A DNA stretch of 64,000 nt, taken from Squalus acanthias. Taxonomy: Eukaryota. Within the stretch, counting starts at the first letter, position 1. Each line of letters starts with the position of its first letter. Of this stretch, positions 13,310-26,322 are shown one piece after another. A program made the position numbers and the translations under genes. The DNA is taken from NCBI GenBank assembly GCA_030390025.1, contig CM059432.1, positions 98,458,001 through 98,522,000 of the forward strand, written 5' to 3'. The notes beneath the pieces are model-generated. The model saw only the letters and a list, made by a program, of their open reading frames with translations. It searched no databases and had not been told where the DNA came from.

Positions 13310-14957
13310 TTTGTGTCTGTCTTCATGGAAGAAGACTCAAAAAACGTCCCGGATATAGTGGAGAACCAAGGGTCTAGCGAAAATGAGGAACTGAAAGAAA
13401 TTAGTATTAGTAAAAAAATAGTACTGGAGAAATTAATGGGCCTGAAAGCCAATAAATCCCCTGGACCTGATGGCCTACATCCTAGGATTTTGAAAGAGGT
13501 GCTATAGAGAAAGTGGATACATTGGTTGTCATTTTCCAAAATTCCATAGATTCTAGAACGATTCTCAATGATTGCAAGATGGCAAATGTAACCCCACTAT
13601 TTAAGAAAGGAGGGAGAGAGAAAACGGGAAACTACAGATCAGTTAGCCTGACATCAGTAGTAGGGAAAATGCTAGAATCTATTATTAATGACATGGTAAC
13701 AGGGCACTTAGAAAGTAATAATAGGATTGGGCATTGTCAACATAGATTTATGAAAGGGAAATCGTGTTTGACAAATCTGTTAGAGTTTTTTGAGGTTGTA
13801 ACTAGCAGAATAGATAAGGGGGCACCAGTGGATGTGGTGTATTTGGATCTTCAGAAGGCATTCGATAAGGTACCACACAAGAGGTTATTAAACAAAATTA
13901 GGGCTCATGGGATTGGGGGGTAATATACTAGCATGTATTGAGGATTGGTTAACGGACAGAAAACAGAGAGTAGGAATAAACGGGTCATTTTTGGGTTGGC
14001 AGGCTGTAACTAGTGGGGTACCGCAAGGATCAGTGCTTGGGCCTCAGCTATTCAAAATCTACATAATGATTTGGATGAGGGGACCAAATGTAATATATCC
14101 AAGTTTGCTGGTGATACAAAGCTGGGTGGGAATGTAAGTTGTGAGGAGCATGCAAAGAGGCTTCAAGCTAAGTGAGTGGGCAAGAACATGGCAAATGGAA
14201 TATAATGTGGAGAAATATGAATTTATCCACTTTGGTAGGAAAAATAGAAAAGCAGAGTATTTTTTAAATGGAGAGAGATCGGGAAATGTTGGTGTTCAGA
14301 GGGTCCTGGGTGTCCTTGTACACGAATCACTGGAAGTTAACATGTAGGTACAGCAAGCAATTAGGAAAGCAAATGGTATGTTGGCCTTTATTACAAGAGG
14401 ATTTGAGTATAAGAGTAAAGACGTCTTACTGCAATTATATAGGGCCCTGGTGAGACCACACCTGGAGTATTGTGTACAGTTTTGGTCTCCTTACCTAAGG
14501 AAGGATATACGTGCCATAGAGGGAGTGCAACAAAGGTTCACCAGACTGGTTCCTGGGATGGGAGGATTGTCCTATGAGGAGAGATTGAGTAGACTAGGTC
14601 TATAAGCTCCAGAGTTTAGAAGAATGAGAGGTGATCTCATTGAAACATACAAAATTCTTACAGGACATGACAGGGTAGATGCAGGGAGGATGTTTCCCCT
14701 GGCTGGGCAGTGTAGGGGGTGGTGGTTTGTGTCAGCTTCACCTCTGACTTCTGAGCGGTTCGAATCGCTCCCACTCCCTTGGTTCAAGACCTTGGACTTA
14801 TTTGGGGGTTGTGATAAAAAGTGCAGCAGACAACTGGTTTTGATGCAAGAACTTTGATCTTTATTTAAGAAAGTAAAACACAACACAAATACTCTTAACA
14901 CTCTAAAAGTGGGGAACACTTCGGTACAAGCGAGGGAAATAACATTAGAAGAATACT

Positions 14958-15705
14958 AATGTTGGCTTTTATTGCTAGGGGGATAGATTATAAAAACAGG
15001 GAGGTATTGCTGCAGTTATATAAGGTATTGGTGAGACCGCACCTGGAATACTGCATACAGTTTTGGTGTCCATACTTAAGAAAAGACATACTTGCTCTCG
15101 AGGCAGTACAAAGAAGGTTCACTCGGTTAATCCTGGGGATGAGGGGGTGGACATACGAGGAGAGGTTGAGTAGATTGGGACTCTACTCATTGGAGTTCAG
15201 AAGAATGAGAGGCGATCTTATTGAAACATATAAGATTGTGAAGGGGCTTGATCGGGTGGATGCGGTAAGGATGTTCCCAAGGATGGGTGAAACTAGAACT
15301 AGGGGGCATAATCTTAGAATAAGGGGCTGCTCTTTCAAAACTGAGATGAGGAGAAACTTCTTCACTCAGAGGGTAGTAGGTCTGTGGGATTTGCTGCTCC
15401 AGGAAGCTGTGGAAGCTACATCATTAAATAAATTTAAAACAGAAATAGACAGTTTCCTAGAAGTAAAGGGAATTAGGGGTTACGGGGAGCGGGCAGGAAA
15501 TTGGACATGAGGCTGAGTTCGGATCGGTCAAGGCCCTGTGGGTGGCGGAGCGGGCCCAGGGACTGAGTGGTCGGGTCCTGCTCCTACTTCTTGTGTTCTT
15601 TAGATTTGAGGTTAGGATCAGATCAGCCATGATCTTATTGAATGGCGGAGCAGGCTCGAGGGGCCGATTGGCCTACTCCTGCTCCTATTTCTTATGTTCT
15701 TATGT
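14958..15705 (+). mobile_element. 5'-truncated CR1 LINE with two tandem 3'-tail modules
   Basis: Open 183-aa C-terminal ORF2 fragment (RPHLEYCIQFW...RRNFFTQRVV), (TTCTTATG)n tail, possible TSD AATACT. Confidence 0.85.
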
Positions 15706-16104
15706 AATACTTCACCCCTCCCAATCCCACTTTACTAGTTAGGTTGGACTCCAGAGGACCAGGGATGATACTCACCAGAATCCTTGACAGTTGGGCTGGT
15801 TCGCGGTTTTGGGGTTCACTCTATATGTCGGTTGGTGTCTGCCATACCCCGTACACGGTAAAGGACTTCAACTGTATATCTGGTCAGTCTTCGCGAGTCC
15901 GCTGATGCGGTAGGGTGCGTATTGGATTTATCAGGTGAGTACCCACTTTTCTTTGGTGTAGAAGTAGGGTTTAGAGGTTTTTTTAAGGGAAAATCTTACC
16001 ATGGGGTAAGTCAGGAGTAGATTGTAGAGTGGAAACTTTGCGGTTCTTCGGTTTTTCTTCAAGTTGGTTTTCTTTGGTCACGGTGGCCCAAATATTGATA
16101 CTTG

Positions 16105-16576
16105 GGGCTGCATTTTCAATGACCCGTGGAGTCGGGTTTGGAGGTGTGTGGGGGGTTAAAGTTGCAGATTCGGGGGTCCCGACCCCATCCCGACTCCACG
16201 CAATTTTGACAAAATCGGTCGCGGGGTTCCTGACTCTGTCCCGTCTCCAAGAGGCAGGAGAGGCCATTAAAGCCCTTAACAAGCCCTAAATTGGCTCTGT
16301 AATGCCATTTTTGAAACGTTTTAGCCAGTTTAACCCTTTTCCAACGTGAAGTACGCCTGATGTGAAACACTCCAGTGAAACCTGGTGGGAGCACAAGTGG
16401 ATAGCTGACTATCAGCTGCAGGTCTACTATTACAACGGAGATGTGATGAAGGTAGTCGTAGTATTAGGTCTGAAAGTCGCCTCTGATGCATTGAATGTCT
16501 TCAGAGACTGTTTGGCCTTGCTGTGAGGAGACAGTCTCTCTCTCTCTCTCTCTCTCTCTGTCTGTCTCTGTCTGTC

Positions 16577-16608
<32 letters not shown>

Positions 16609-16901
16609 CTCCCCCTGCTGCTCAAGCCAGGCAGGTCCACTCACAGCAAAGGCCAGGCAGTCTCTGAGACCAGGCAGTCAGTCTCTGACCTGCAATGATG
16701 ACATCATCAGAGGCGACTTTCAGACTGAAACCACTAATTGGTTCATGGGTTCCCACATACTGGAACTCAATTGCCCAATTAAGTGAAATTTCCATCATTC
16801 ATCCACATTAATCAGGAGGCGGGGGGGGGGGGGGGGGGGGGGGCGCAACACGAAATGCGGATGACACGACCCCAACCCGACCCCAAGACAAAATCCAGTC
16901 A
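16105..16901. mobile_element. Harbinger-type MITE containing a (CT)n/(CTGT)n microsatellite and a G-run
   Basis: TIRs GGGCTGCATTTT / AAAATCCAGTCA, TSD TTG. Homologous (inverted) to 28849-29558. Confidence 0.8.
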
Positions 16902-18257
16902 TTGGTGTTTGGTTGGTTGTTTCGTGAGGGCCTTGTTGCCGCGAGGTGTCCGGTGGTCACTGAGGCGGTCGTTTTGGTTTCTTCTCGTGTCAGCCTACTT
17001 TGTTGGATGGTCTGGTCTTCGAGCTGTCGACCTCCTGGCTGGACACGGAACGCTGAACGGTGTTGGTTTTAGAACTGTGTTGCGGAAAATGCCTCTGTCG
17101 ATGTCTTCTTGTTCTTCCTTCCTCTTCTTCTTTTTCAGGTTGAGAACGGGCCTTCAATTATACCCATTGAAGCTCCCTTATCTGCGCGCCAAATCAGGTC
17201 TCGGTCTTTGTTAGTTTTGGCGGGCTCGTTAACGGTAACTGGTTTGTAAATGTGTGAAGTGGTTCCGGGATGGCCCCCATCCTGTCAATTTGCCACTTAA
17301 TCGGAGTTTGATTGTTCTTATGTTTTGGGTTTTCTTGGCTGGGCCTATGATTTCTATGCAGTAGGCCGATGTAATCTGTTTTATGCATGTCTTAATGGGC
17401 TCTGTAACTTGGGGTGGAGACTGTTTTCCTCGGGTTTATTGTTAGGATGCTAATGTCTGATAGGGGCCGATTTACACTCCCAGCGAGATCATGCGGTTCC
17501 CCAGACAGTTCCCATTAGCTCCAATACCCAAACGGCTTTTACAGAGGTTGAACCCACCTTCATTCACAGCCTTTTCTCCCTGACAAGCCCAGACATGTTT
17601 TAAAAATACCAAATCTTGGTTTTTGCTCAAAATGTCCTTCGGTTAGGCCCAATGCACTTCACCACCCTGTAATAGCTAGAAAAGAGTCCAAAGTCTTTTT
17701 CCTTAGGGTTTGTCTTCGAGTTTTGGGGGATCTGTGAATTTTGAGAATCTTACAGGAGTCTAGAACCAGGGGTTGCAGTCTCACAATAAGTGATTGGCCA
17801 TTTAGGACTCAGATGAGGAGAAATTTCTTCACTCAGAGGGTGATGAATCTTTGGAATTCTCTACCCCAGAGGGCTGTGGAGGCTCAATCGTTGAGTATAT
17901 TCAAGACAGAGATCGATAGATTTTTGAATATTAAGGGCATCAAGGGATATGGGGATAGTGCAGGAAAGTGGAGATGAGTTCGAAGATCAGCCATGATCTT
18001 ATTGAATGACGGAGCAGGCTCGAAGGGCCAAATGGCCTCTTCCTGCTCCTAATTCTTATGTTCTTATGTTCTTATAAAAAGAAGCCACAGTATGGAATAC
18101 TCAAGGACTCCTCCTCCACCTCCTGACATGAAGCAGCTCACTCCATATAAGGAAGCTATAGAAGCTACAGATCATTGATTCAGAAGTGAACGTCTGGAAG
18201 GCACTGAGATTATGGAGAATGAAGGGGTCAACAGAAGAACTCGTATAGACTACACAA

Positions 18258-19176
18258 CGTCAGGTTCCACATGTATGCTGGTGACACCCAGCTCTACCTG
18301 ACCACCACCTCTCTCTAACCCTCCACTGTCTCTGATTTGTCATGCTGCATGTCCAACATCCAGTATTGGATGAGCAGAAATTTCTTCCAATTAAATATTG
18401 AGAAGACCGAATCAATTGTTTTCGGTCCCCGCCATGAACTCCGTTTCTTAGCCACTGATTCCATCCCTCTCCCTGGCCACTGTCTGAGTTTGAACCAGAC
18501 TGTTCACAACTCTGACTACTATTTGACCCTGAGATGTGCTTCCGACCACATATCAGCTCCATCACCAAGACCTCCAACTCCCATCTCCATAACATCGGCC
18601 ATTTCCACCCCTGCCTCAGCTCAGCTTTTACTGAAACCCTCATCGATGCCATTGTTACCTATAGACTTGACTATTCCAATGCTCTACTGGCCAGCCTCCC
18701 ACCTTCAACCCTCTGTAAATTTGAGCTTATCCAAAGCTCTGCTGCCCATATCCTAACTATCCTAACCAAGTCCCGTTCACCCATCACCCCTGTGCCCACT
18801 GAACTACATTGACTCCTCGTCCGGCAACATCTCAATTTAAAAATTCTCATCCTTGTTTTCAAATACCTTCATGGTCTCACCCCTCCCAATCTCTGTAACC
18901 TCCTCCAGCCCTACACCCCTCTGAGATCTCTGCGCTCCTCCAACTCTGGCCTCATGCGCATCCCCGATTTTAATTGTTCCACCATTGGCAGCCTTACCTT
19001 CAGCTGCCTAGGCCTTAAGCTCTGGAATACCCTCCCTAAACCTCTCCACCTCTCTATCCTCCTTTTAGACACTCCTTAAAATCTACCTCTTTCACCAAGC
19101 TTTTGGCCAGGCAAAACGGTCCTGTGAAGCGCGTTGGTACATTTTACTCCATTAAAGTTGCTGCTGTTGCTGTTGT
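18258..19176 (+). mobile_element. L2 LINE 3' portion (decayed)
   Basis: Degenerate YADDTQLY-type motif at its start (TATGCTGGTGACACCCAGCTCTAC), RLDYSNALL, SPITP, and an L2-type 3' tail GTGAAGCG...(GTT)n. Confidence 0.8.
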
Positions 19177-20106
19177 ATATGCTATGGGTTGCTCAATGTT
19201 TTAAATCAATGTATCCCTAAATACTAGTTGAGCATAAACACATAATAGTGCATGTGATAACAAGATAGTACCCACATTGATAAGTGTGCTTTTATACTAA
19301 TATTTCATCTGCTCTCTTCACAAAGCCATCCAGATAACTCAGCGAACAAACAGCCATGCCTAAAGAACACAACACATTTTAGCATCACCATTCTCATTTA
19401 AAGGTGGCACTATGGGAGCAGCACTCTATTGTGGAGTTATTTACCTCCATGCATACTATATTTAAAGATGGCCTGTGTACTGTGGGGTATTTCAATACCT
19501 AGATCTGCACAACCATATCCCACATGAGTTACATCATGGAGCAAAGCTTGTAGGCACTGTAGTCTGATAATCAGCAAGTGGCATCCACAGTGGAGACCTC
19601 AGATTTGCAGGCCATAAGCATAATAGAAGAATCTCTCAATATTGCTCCCATTAATGCTACAGAGGTATTACTGCACATGCCAGCTTCAAATCACTTCAAC
19701 AGTTACAGGCAATCATGATGGAGGGACTCTAACACCTCATAATTGCTCAGTGTTATATCAGAAGCAGATGCCTTCCTGTAATGGAATAGCCATATTTCAG
19801 AAAAATACATCATCCTTTAAACAGATTTGATATTATTAATACAAGACATACTGGGTTTAAAAGTCTGAAAGCCTCGGTGACACAAGCCATAAAACAGAAA
19901 TACAGGCTTCTGAGATAAAGATCAGTTGTTAAACAAAGTTGTAAAACACCACAAGCTTTGAAATGGGAATTAGTTAAAAATACTAAAACAATGCCCTATT
20001 GAAGCAAACCATTGGAGGTCCCTCTATGTCTGAACATTGGAATCAACACAATGGAATCACCCAGTTTAAAGTGTTAAAAGCTAACACTGATGCAAACAGA
20101 AACTTA

Positions 20107-21001
20107 GGGGGAAAAATTCAGTTGGTTGCGCCTCCCTTTAGCACCTTAAGAGGGCGCTAATGGGGCGCAAAGCATCTAGCGCCCGGGCGCGGCGATGTTT
20201 GCGCCGCTCGCGAAATTAACTAGACATTTTGTGGCGGCGCTAATCACTGTTGCCACGATCTCCTGCGCCGGCAGATCGTGACATCAGTCGAGTGCGCAAT
20301 GCCCTGGTATCGCCCCGGAGCGGATATTGAGTGGCGCCCCCTGCCTTACCGCCTGCCGCTAGCAACGACAGGTTGAGGGGAGCGTTTTGCAGTCAGGAAG
20401 GGACTGGGGGAGTGCTATTTAAAGGCGACCGCTTCCTGCCTTTTATTGTTGGTGACATTTTTGAACCACGCATTCTGAGAGAGAGAGAGAGAGAGACTTC
20501 TGGAGAGATTCAACGCTGTGTGAAGGAGTTTTGGGTGCTGAGCAGCACTTTGCAGGTTCATTTTGATTTGCCCTTCCTTGTATCGATTTAGAAGAGACTC
20601 TGGGGGCTGCACTCTGAGCTCTTTCTCTGGTACTCTCCATTGTTCTTTCCAGCAGATTTGATGTGCAGGTCTCTCCAGGCCGAGATTCAAGGCTGCAATG
20701 AGCAGGATGTGGATGGAAAGCAAGATCAACCCACCCCTTTAAGAACTGGCCCGCGCCATTGTGTGTGTGTTCCATTGCTGACTGACATCACATGAGCTTC
20801 GCCAGCGCTCTGAGGTAGCGCCTCGCTCCTCGGCCTTTGCGCCTTAAGACAGGTGTGAAGCGCCTGATTTAGCGCTCCAATCACCTCCAGGGGCGATAAA
20901 AGTCAAGTTTGCAGTCAGTGGCGATACTTAGCACCAGGCGCTAATCTTTGCGCCCGGCCGATAATTGCGCCCCAAATGGGGCGATACTGAATTTCTCCCC
21001 C
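20107..21001. mobile_element. Non-autonomous Harbinger (internal deletion derivative of the 43955/53243 family)
   Basis: TIRs GGGGGAAAAATT / AATTTCTCCCCC, TSD TTA. Both arms are homologous to the termini of 43955-48211. Confidence 0.9.
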
Positions 21002-23832
21002 TTAGAATATTAAACAACCATAAGCCTTCATAATATAACATCAAATAAGACAGTAAACACGATTAAATATGCAACCAATTAAGATAGCTAGAAAACAAGT
21101 AAACACTGAGTTAAAGTGTTTTCAATTTACATATTGTAAATATGATACCTACAGAAGGCTTTGAAGAAATTGACATCAAGTAAAATAAACGCCTGCTGAA
21201 CAAATAGTTTTAATGTTAAGCTTGAAATATGGAGTCCCGAGGTCTGATAAAAACCAATTGAAGTAAATAAGAAATGTATGGAACACCCTAGATGAAGCAT
21301 TTACAAGTTGTAAAATATACCTACAGAAAGGCTTTGAAAATGACATCAATGGATGCATCAAGCAATTACATTGTTTATGTGTTAAACTTGGAACATGTAG
21401 GAGTCACAATGTCTGATAATAACCAGTTAAGCCAATATTAAGAATTGAATGGGAGACCTTCAATAAGAATTGCATCAAACAGAAACCATTGCTGTCATTG
21501 TGTTTATGATGGTTTTTGAAACATCTAAGGTAGAGACATAATTATGCATGAAATGGCTAAATTGACAGTAAAGACAAAAAGCATTCAACAGAGATATCAA
21601 TAAAGACAATTAGTTTACATCAGCAGAAACTTCAAAGAATAAACCACTGCAAAAGAGTATAAAAATAAAAGCTTTTCAGATAGAAAGTCAGAAGTCGCTG
21701 GGAAGACAAGCATTTCTCAACTTCACAGACAAGCTCTGTAAGTTTTTAACATTGAGTCTCGGGTAATCAAGGTATTTGATTTTGGTGGATATTCTGGATT
21801 AAGAAATAAGTAGAAGTGTGGAAATGTAACGAAGTTAAGATTTGAGAATAAGGATCTCTGATAAGAAATGTAAGCTATTTGTATTTTGAACGGTTAAAGT
21901 TGCGATTGCCATAACAGATGTTAACTAAATGTCGGTTCTTTAATAAATCTATATATTTTTAGAACAATCTCAAAGAGTATTTCTGTATCATCTTGCAAAC
22001 TCAATTTCTGTACACTCAAAGGAGTTGCAGAATTCTGGGGGGTATTCCAGACCCTCATAATATCCAGAAGGTTACAGTCTAGTTAAACTTATTAACAGTA
22101 CTATCCGGAGGATGGTAACATCTTCGGACCATTTCTTTCCTTTAGGGAGAGGTAGTCTGACCTTTAGACCCAATTAAGTGTCTTATGGGATCCGGCTACC
22201 GCTAACTTTAGTTGAAGGTGAACGTCTGGGGAATACGCCTGATCTGGGGTAGTCCGAAAGGGCTAGGACTTGTAATTATCCCTTCATTCCAGCAGTGGCA
22301 GAGCTGTGGTATATTACATGACAGCTGGTTGGATCTCATTTCAGCAACAGTTCTGGAAGGTGCTCCTTCTGAAAGCAATGAAACCACAGCAGACAGCTTC
22401 TGGCACTGATACAAGTACATCAAGGATAGTTACTGACACAGATAGGAGTGTTTCCCTGCAGCCCATCCACCAGCAATATTCCCTCAACTTGAGCAGGACT
22501 TAACAGTGGGTGATATCTACAATCAACACAGAAGGACTAATTCTGTGGTCAGCTCATCTCCAGCAGCACCCATGGAATCAAGAATGTAGGCATCAGCTGA
22601 CATTGCACTCAACTCTGAATTCTGTAGGACAAAAAGCTTTGAAAGATTCTGAGGCAGAGTGCTGTGCAAGTGCTGTAGGCATTGCACACTACAAATTTGT
22701 GCAATTAATATAAATTAGCTAATTTGTAGTTTTAAGATTCTAAAAACTATAATAAAATCGCTGCTACCGTGTGGAGATCGAAGTTCAGAATGAATTGTGA
22801 AATGGTTACAGATGGATTCAAAATGTAGGAAATCAGCATGTGTTCTTTGTTTGTGAAGACACAAAATGGCGGAAGTCAGCAGTGGGTTGCCTGGTGGTCA
22901 GCATATAGTCCTTTGTTTGAAAGGCCACATGGACAGGAAGGAGAAACATGGGTGACGAGGAAGTCCTGCCCCCACACACCCCACAGGAACATGAACGTGT
23001 CATGCAGAAGGAACGCCAGTCAGGGAAGGTTTGGAGTGAAACTGATGTATCAGAGGAAGGCAGACAGTGATATACGAGGGAGGGCGGCAGAAAGGCTCTA
23101 TAACAGAAGTGACTCAGAGGCGGGTAATTCAGAACACAGAAGAACACACAAGAAAGAAAGAAGACAGAATGGAAGAACAGATGAACAAAGAAAGCTGGCC
23201 AGTCTATGTTTCGACTTACGACTTTCTGGACCAATCACCCAGAGATAAAGGAGTATGTATGAAAGTCGGACATAGAGCATAGATATTATTAAAGGATACT
23301 TTTATGTACAGTTGACTTGGAATATAAATTGTCTGGAGGTAGTGTGTAAGTTGCTGGGGAGATACTTTTATGTATGGGTAAATTGAGCGCATATTGATTG
23401 CGATGTACACGAATTTTGAACTGTAGTATGAATAAAGACCTATTTTATTGATCACATACTTGTCTGCCATTGTTAAGCTTATTCATAATTCTCGAAGTCC
23501 GAACTCTCCCCGCCTCCCTGTAAATATTGGGGCTTTTGTTTAGTTCATGGGGCCTTTGTTTAGTTCATGGGACCTGCCAGAGTCTTTTCAGGTCCTGTAC
23601 TTCCTTATAGTCCTATGCTAAATTTGTCCACAAAAAATTGTCACCATTTCCTATCTTATTGTGCATGGGATTCTGATTTTCCTTTAAATTTCAAGGCTAT
23701 AATTTGAAACTGAGATATATCTTCACATGTCAAATGCATGACACAGGGCTGGTAAGAAAAGCCCTCAATTTTATGTGCTGAAGTTTTGCTGAACAAGGTG
23801 AATGCACTAGTGATTGGGAATAAAGAGAGCTT

Positions 23833-24655
23833 GGCCCATATTTTCCGATCCCTACGGGTGTGTACGAGCTGTGTACACACCAGTAAGGACCTCGCAAATG
23901 CTGGTTTCAGGCATGCGAAGGGCATGCGCTGAAAACCGGCATTTCCGATCTGTCAAGAATCCTCTTGACAGATCATCCGCCTGCCCAGGAGAAGGGTCTC
24001 TGCAGGTGGAGAGTTCCGCTTTCTGCAAAACCTCCGCCCGCTGAAATCACTTAAAAATCTTACGCCTGGTAAAAGCAGGCATTAGGCCTGCTTTTACCAG
24101 CATAAGAGTTTAAAAAACTAGAAAAAAATAATTTTTTTCACTCATTTATAATTTTAAAATACTTTTAAAAAAGGTAAGTTTATTTTTAGCCTCTTAAAAA
24201 ACTTTAATTATTTTTTTCAAAAAATTAAATTTTGTTTAAAATACTTAATTTAATGTAATTTTAACTTATTTTAAAAATGTGATTAAAAAAAAAATATTTA
24301 ATGTTTTGATGTCTTTTTTCAGTGATCCCGATTCATACTTTTGACAGGTCTATCTGTCAAAAGTATGAAGGGGGATTCCCTTCTCCCATTGGCTCACCTG
24401 GCCCACGTGATCCCAGGGACGCTTGCAAACCGCATGCGCCCCTGGGATACGTGGGCCCTGCGCATTTCGTCATGGAGAGGCCTAGGATCGAAAATGGCCG
24501 GACCTCGGGAGCCGTCAGGTAAGGGCGTAGATTATTTCCCGAAAGGAGGCATCCCCACGCAGGAAGCCTCCTATCGGAAATTATGAGCCCTTCTATTTTA
24601 GCAGCATTTAATTTTTCGAGGTCATGCATAAGCCAGATGTAGAAAAATGCCCCCC
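23833..24655. mobile_element. Probable Harbinger-type MITE (older)
   Basis: GC-rich arms around an AT-rich core. Imperfect TIR-like ends GGCCCATATTTT / AAAAATGCCCCC. CTGTCAA/TTGACAG palindromes as in the other MITEs. Confidence 0.5.
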
Positions 24656-25387
24656 TCCAGTCCCATGTGTGTTTTCCTTTCAAAAGATCAACTAAATGTA
24701 GCTGGTGTACAAAATGAAAAAAGTATGCTTGCTGGATACAAGGTATTCTTCTGCAGTTGATTAACCTACATTGGAGATAGTACTTCTCTCATCACCCTGT
24801 GTAGTGATATTATGAATTGATTTGTGAAGATTTCCTCTAGTTGTTATTTCTCGTAAAGTCATAAACACAAAGCACCAGAGAGGGAAGTAAAGGGTGGGGT
24901 CTCTCTGAGTGAGATTGCAAATCAGGGCAGTTTTGTTCTGTGATCCAACATTCACTTTGAACTGGATTTAGATTGCAGATTGATTCTTGTAGATTCCCTA
25001 AACTGAGAGAGAGAAGAGACTTTCGTCAGTCCTAACTAGATTCAAACAAAATTTCCAGAGCTGAAAGGACACTGCTTTATTATACTATTTCACCCATCTT
25101 CATCTGTGTTCTTCATTCAAAAGATCAACTAAATTAGAATGGTGCAAGGTAGAAGAAGAGGCTGCCATAAAATATTGGTCTGGAATTTGCAGCCAGCAGT
25201 GAAGCAAAGGTGTTCGCTGCTGGCCTCGAAGTATGCTTTGCACAAGGATCTCGCGATCCCTGTGTCGAGAACTTCGGGCTTTCCAACATTCAATTCAAAT
25301 CAACTCAGTACAGTGGGGATCCCCTTGTGCAAAATGCTGTAATGTCAACAAGCTGTCTGAGCAACCAATCAAAACTTGCTTCTTGTT

Positions 25388-26322
25388 ATATATAGATGAC
25401 ATGGACTTGGGTACAGGGAATACTATTTCTAAGTTCACGGATGATACAGAACTTGGTAACGTAGTAAAAAGTAAGCAGGATAGTAGCAGACTTCAGGAGG
25501 ACAGAGACATACTGATGAAATGGGCAGACACATGACAGATGCAATTTAATGTGGATTAGTGTAAAGTGATGCACTTTGGGAAGAACAACCTGGAGAGGCA
25601 GTATAATCTAAATGGTACTATTTTGAGGGGTGCAAGAGCAGAGGGGCCTGGGGGCGGATACTCACAAATCATTGAAGGTGGCAGGGCAAGTCGATAAGGA
25701 GGTTAAGAAAGTGTATGGGATACTTGGCTTTGCAAAAATAGAGGCATTGAATACAAAAACAAGGAAGTCATGCTGAACCTTTAAAAAAACACTGGTTAGG
25801 CCTCAGCTGGAGTATTGTGGAAGGATGTCAAGGCCTTGGAGAGGGTACAGAGGAGTTTTACCAGGGATGAGGGACTTCAGCTATGTGGAGAGATTGGAGA
25901 AGCTGGAATTCTTCTCCTTACAGCAGAGAAGGTTAAGGGGAGACCTAATAGAGGTATTCAAAATTAAAAGGGGTTTTGATAGAGCAAGTAGGGAGAAAGT
26001 GTTTCCACTGGCAAGTGGGTCAGTAACCAGGGGTCATAGATTTAAAATAATTGGCAAAGGAACTAGAGGGGAAATGAGGAGAGATTTCTTCACACAGAGG
26101 GTTGTTAAGATCTGGAACGCACTATCTGAAAGGGTGGTGGAAGCAGATCCTATAGGAATTTTCAAAAGGCAATTGGACATGTACTTGAGAAGGACTAGTT
26201 TGTACCGTTATGGGGAAGAAGATAGGGTGTGCGACTAAATTGGACAGTTTCTTTAAAGAGTCGGCACAGACACAACGGGCCAAATGGCCTCCTTCTGTGC
26301 TGTAAGATTCTATGATTCTATG
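25388..26322 (+). mobile_element. CR1 LINE 3' fragment
   Basis: SKFTDDTEL, QRRLRGDLIEVFKI and FFTQRVV. Tail (GATTCTAT)n. Confidence 0.85.

Larger units (their letters stand above)
14711..17754 (-). mobile_element. Solo LTR of the same ERV-like lineage (about 1.5 kb once nested CR1 and MITE are removed)
   Basis: TGTA...TACA termini and a 4-bp TSD GCAG/GGAG (one mismatch). On the minus strand: TATAATTGAAGGC (cf. TATAATTGCAGGC in LTR1), donor G|GTGAGT, AATAAAG, and U5 TAAGTCCA...GAACC..GGGAGCGATTCGAACCGCTC. Confidence 0.85.
11615..18075 (+). mobile_element. CR1 LINE (endonuclease-RT ORF2 pseudogene to 3' tail), split by MITE 12466-13309 and solo LTR 14711-17754
   Basis: [24 protein letters not shown] and RPHLEYCVQFWSP. 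The CR1 reads through across the LTR (..CCCTGGCTGG|GGAGTCTAGAACC). Ends in a (TTCTTATG)n tail at ~18053-18074. Confidence 0.9.

Noticed and set aside
21130..21440. Imperfect ~170-bp direct repeats in an AT-rich block, possibly an old LTR
   Set aside because: No definable termini, TSD or PBS by eye.
24663..25340. ~45-bp direct repeat (TTCAAAAGATCAACTAAAT core), SINE-like remnant and TTGCACAAGG/CCTTGTGCAA inverted repeat
   Set aside because: Too degenerate to assign. Likely ancient repeat debris.
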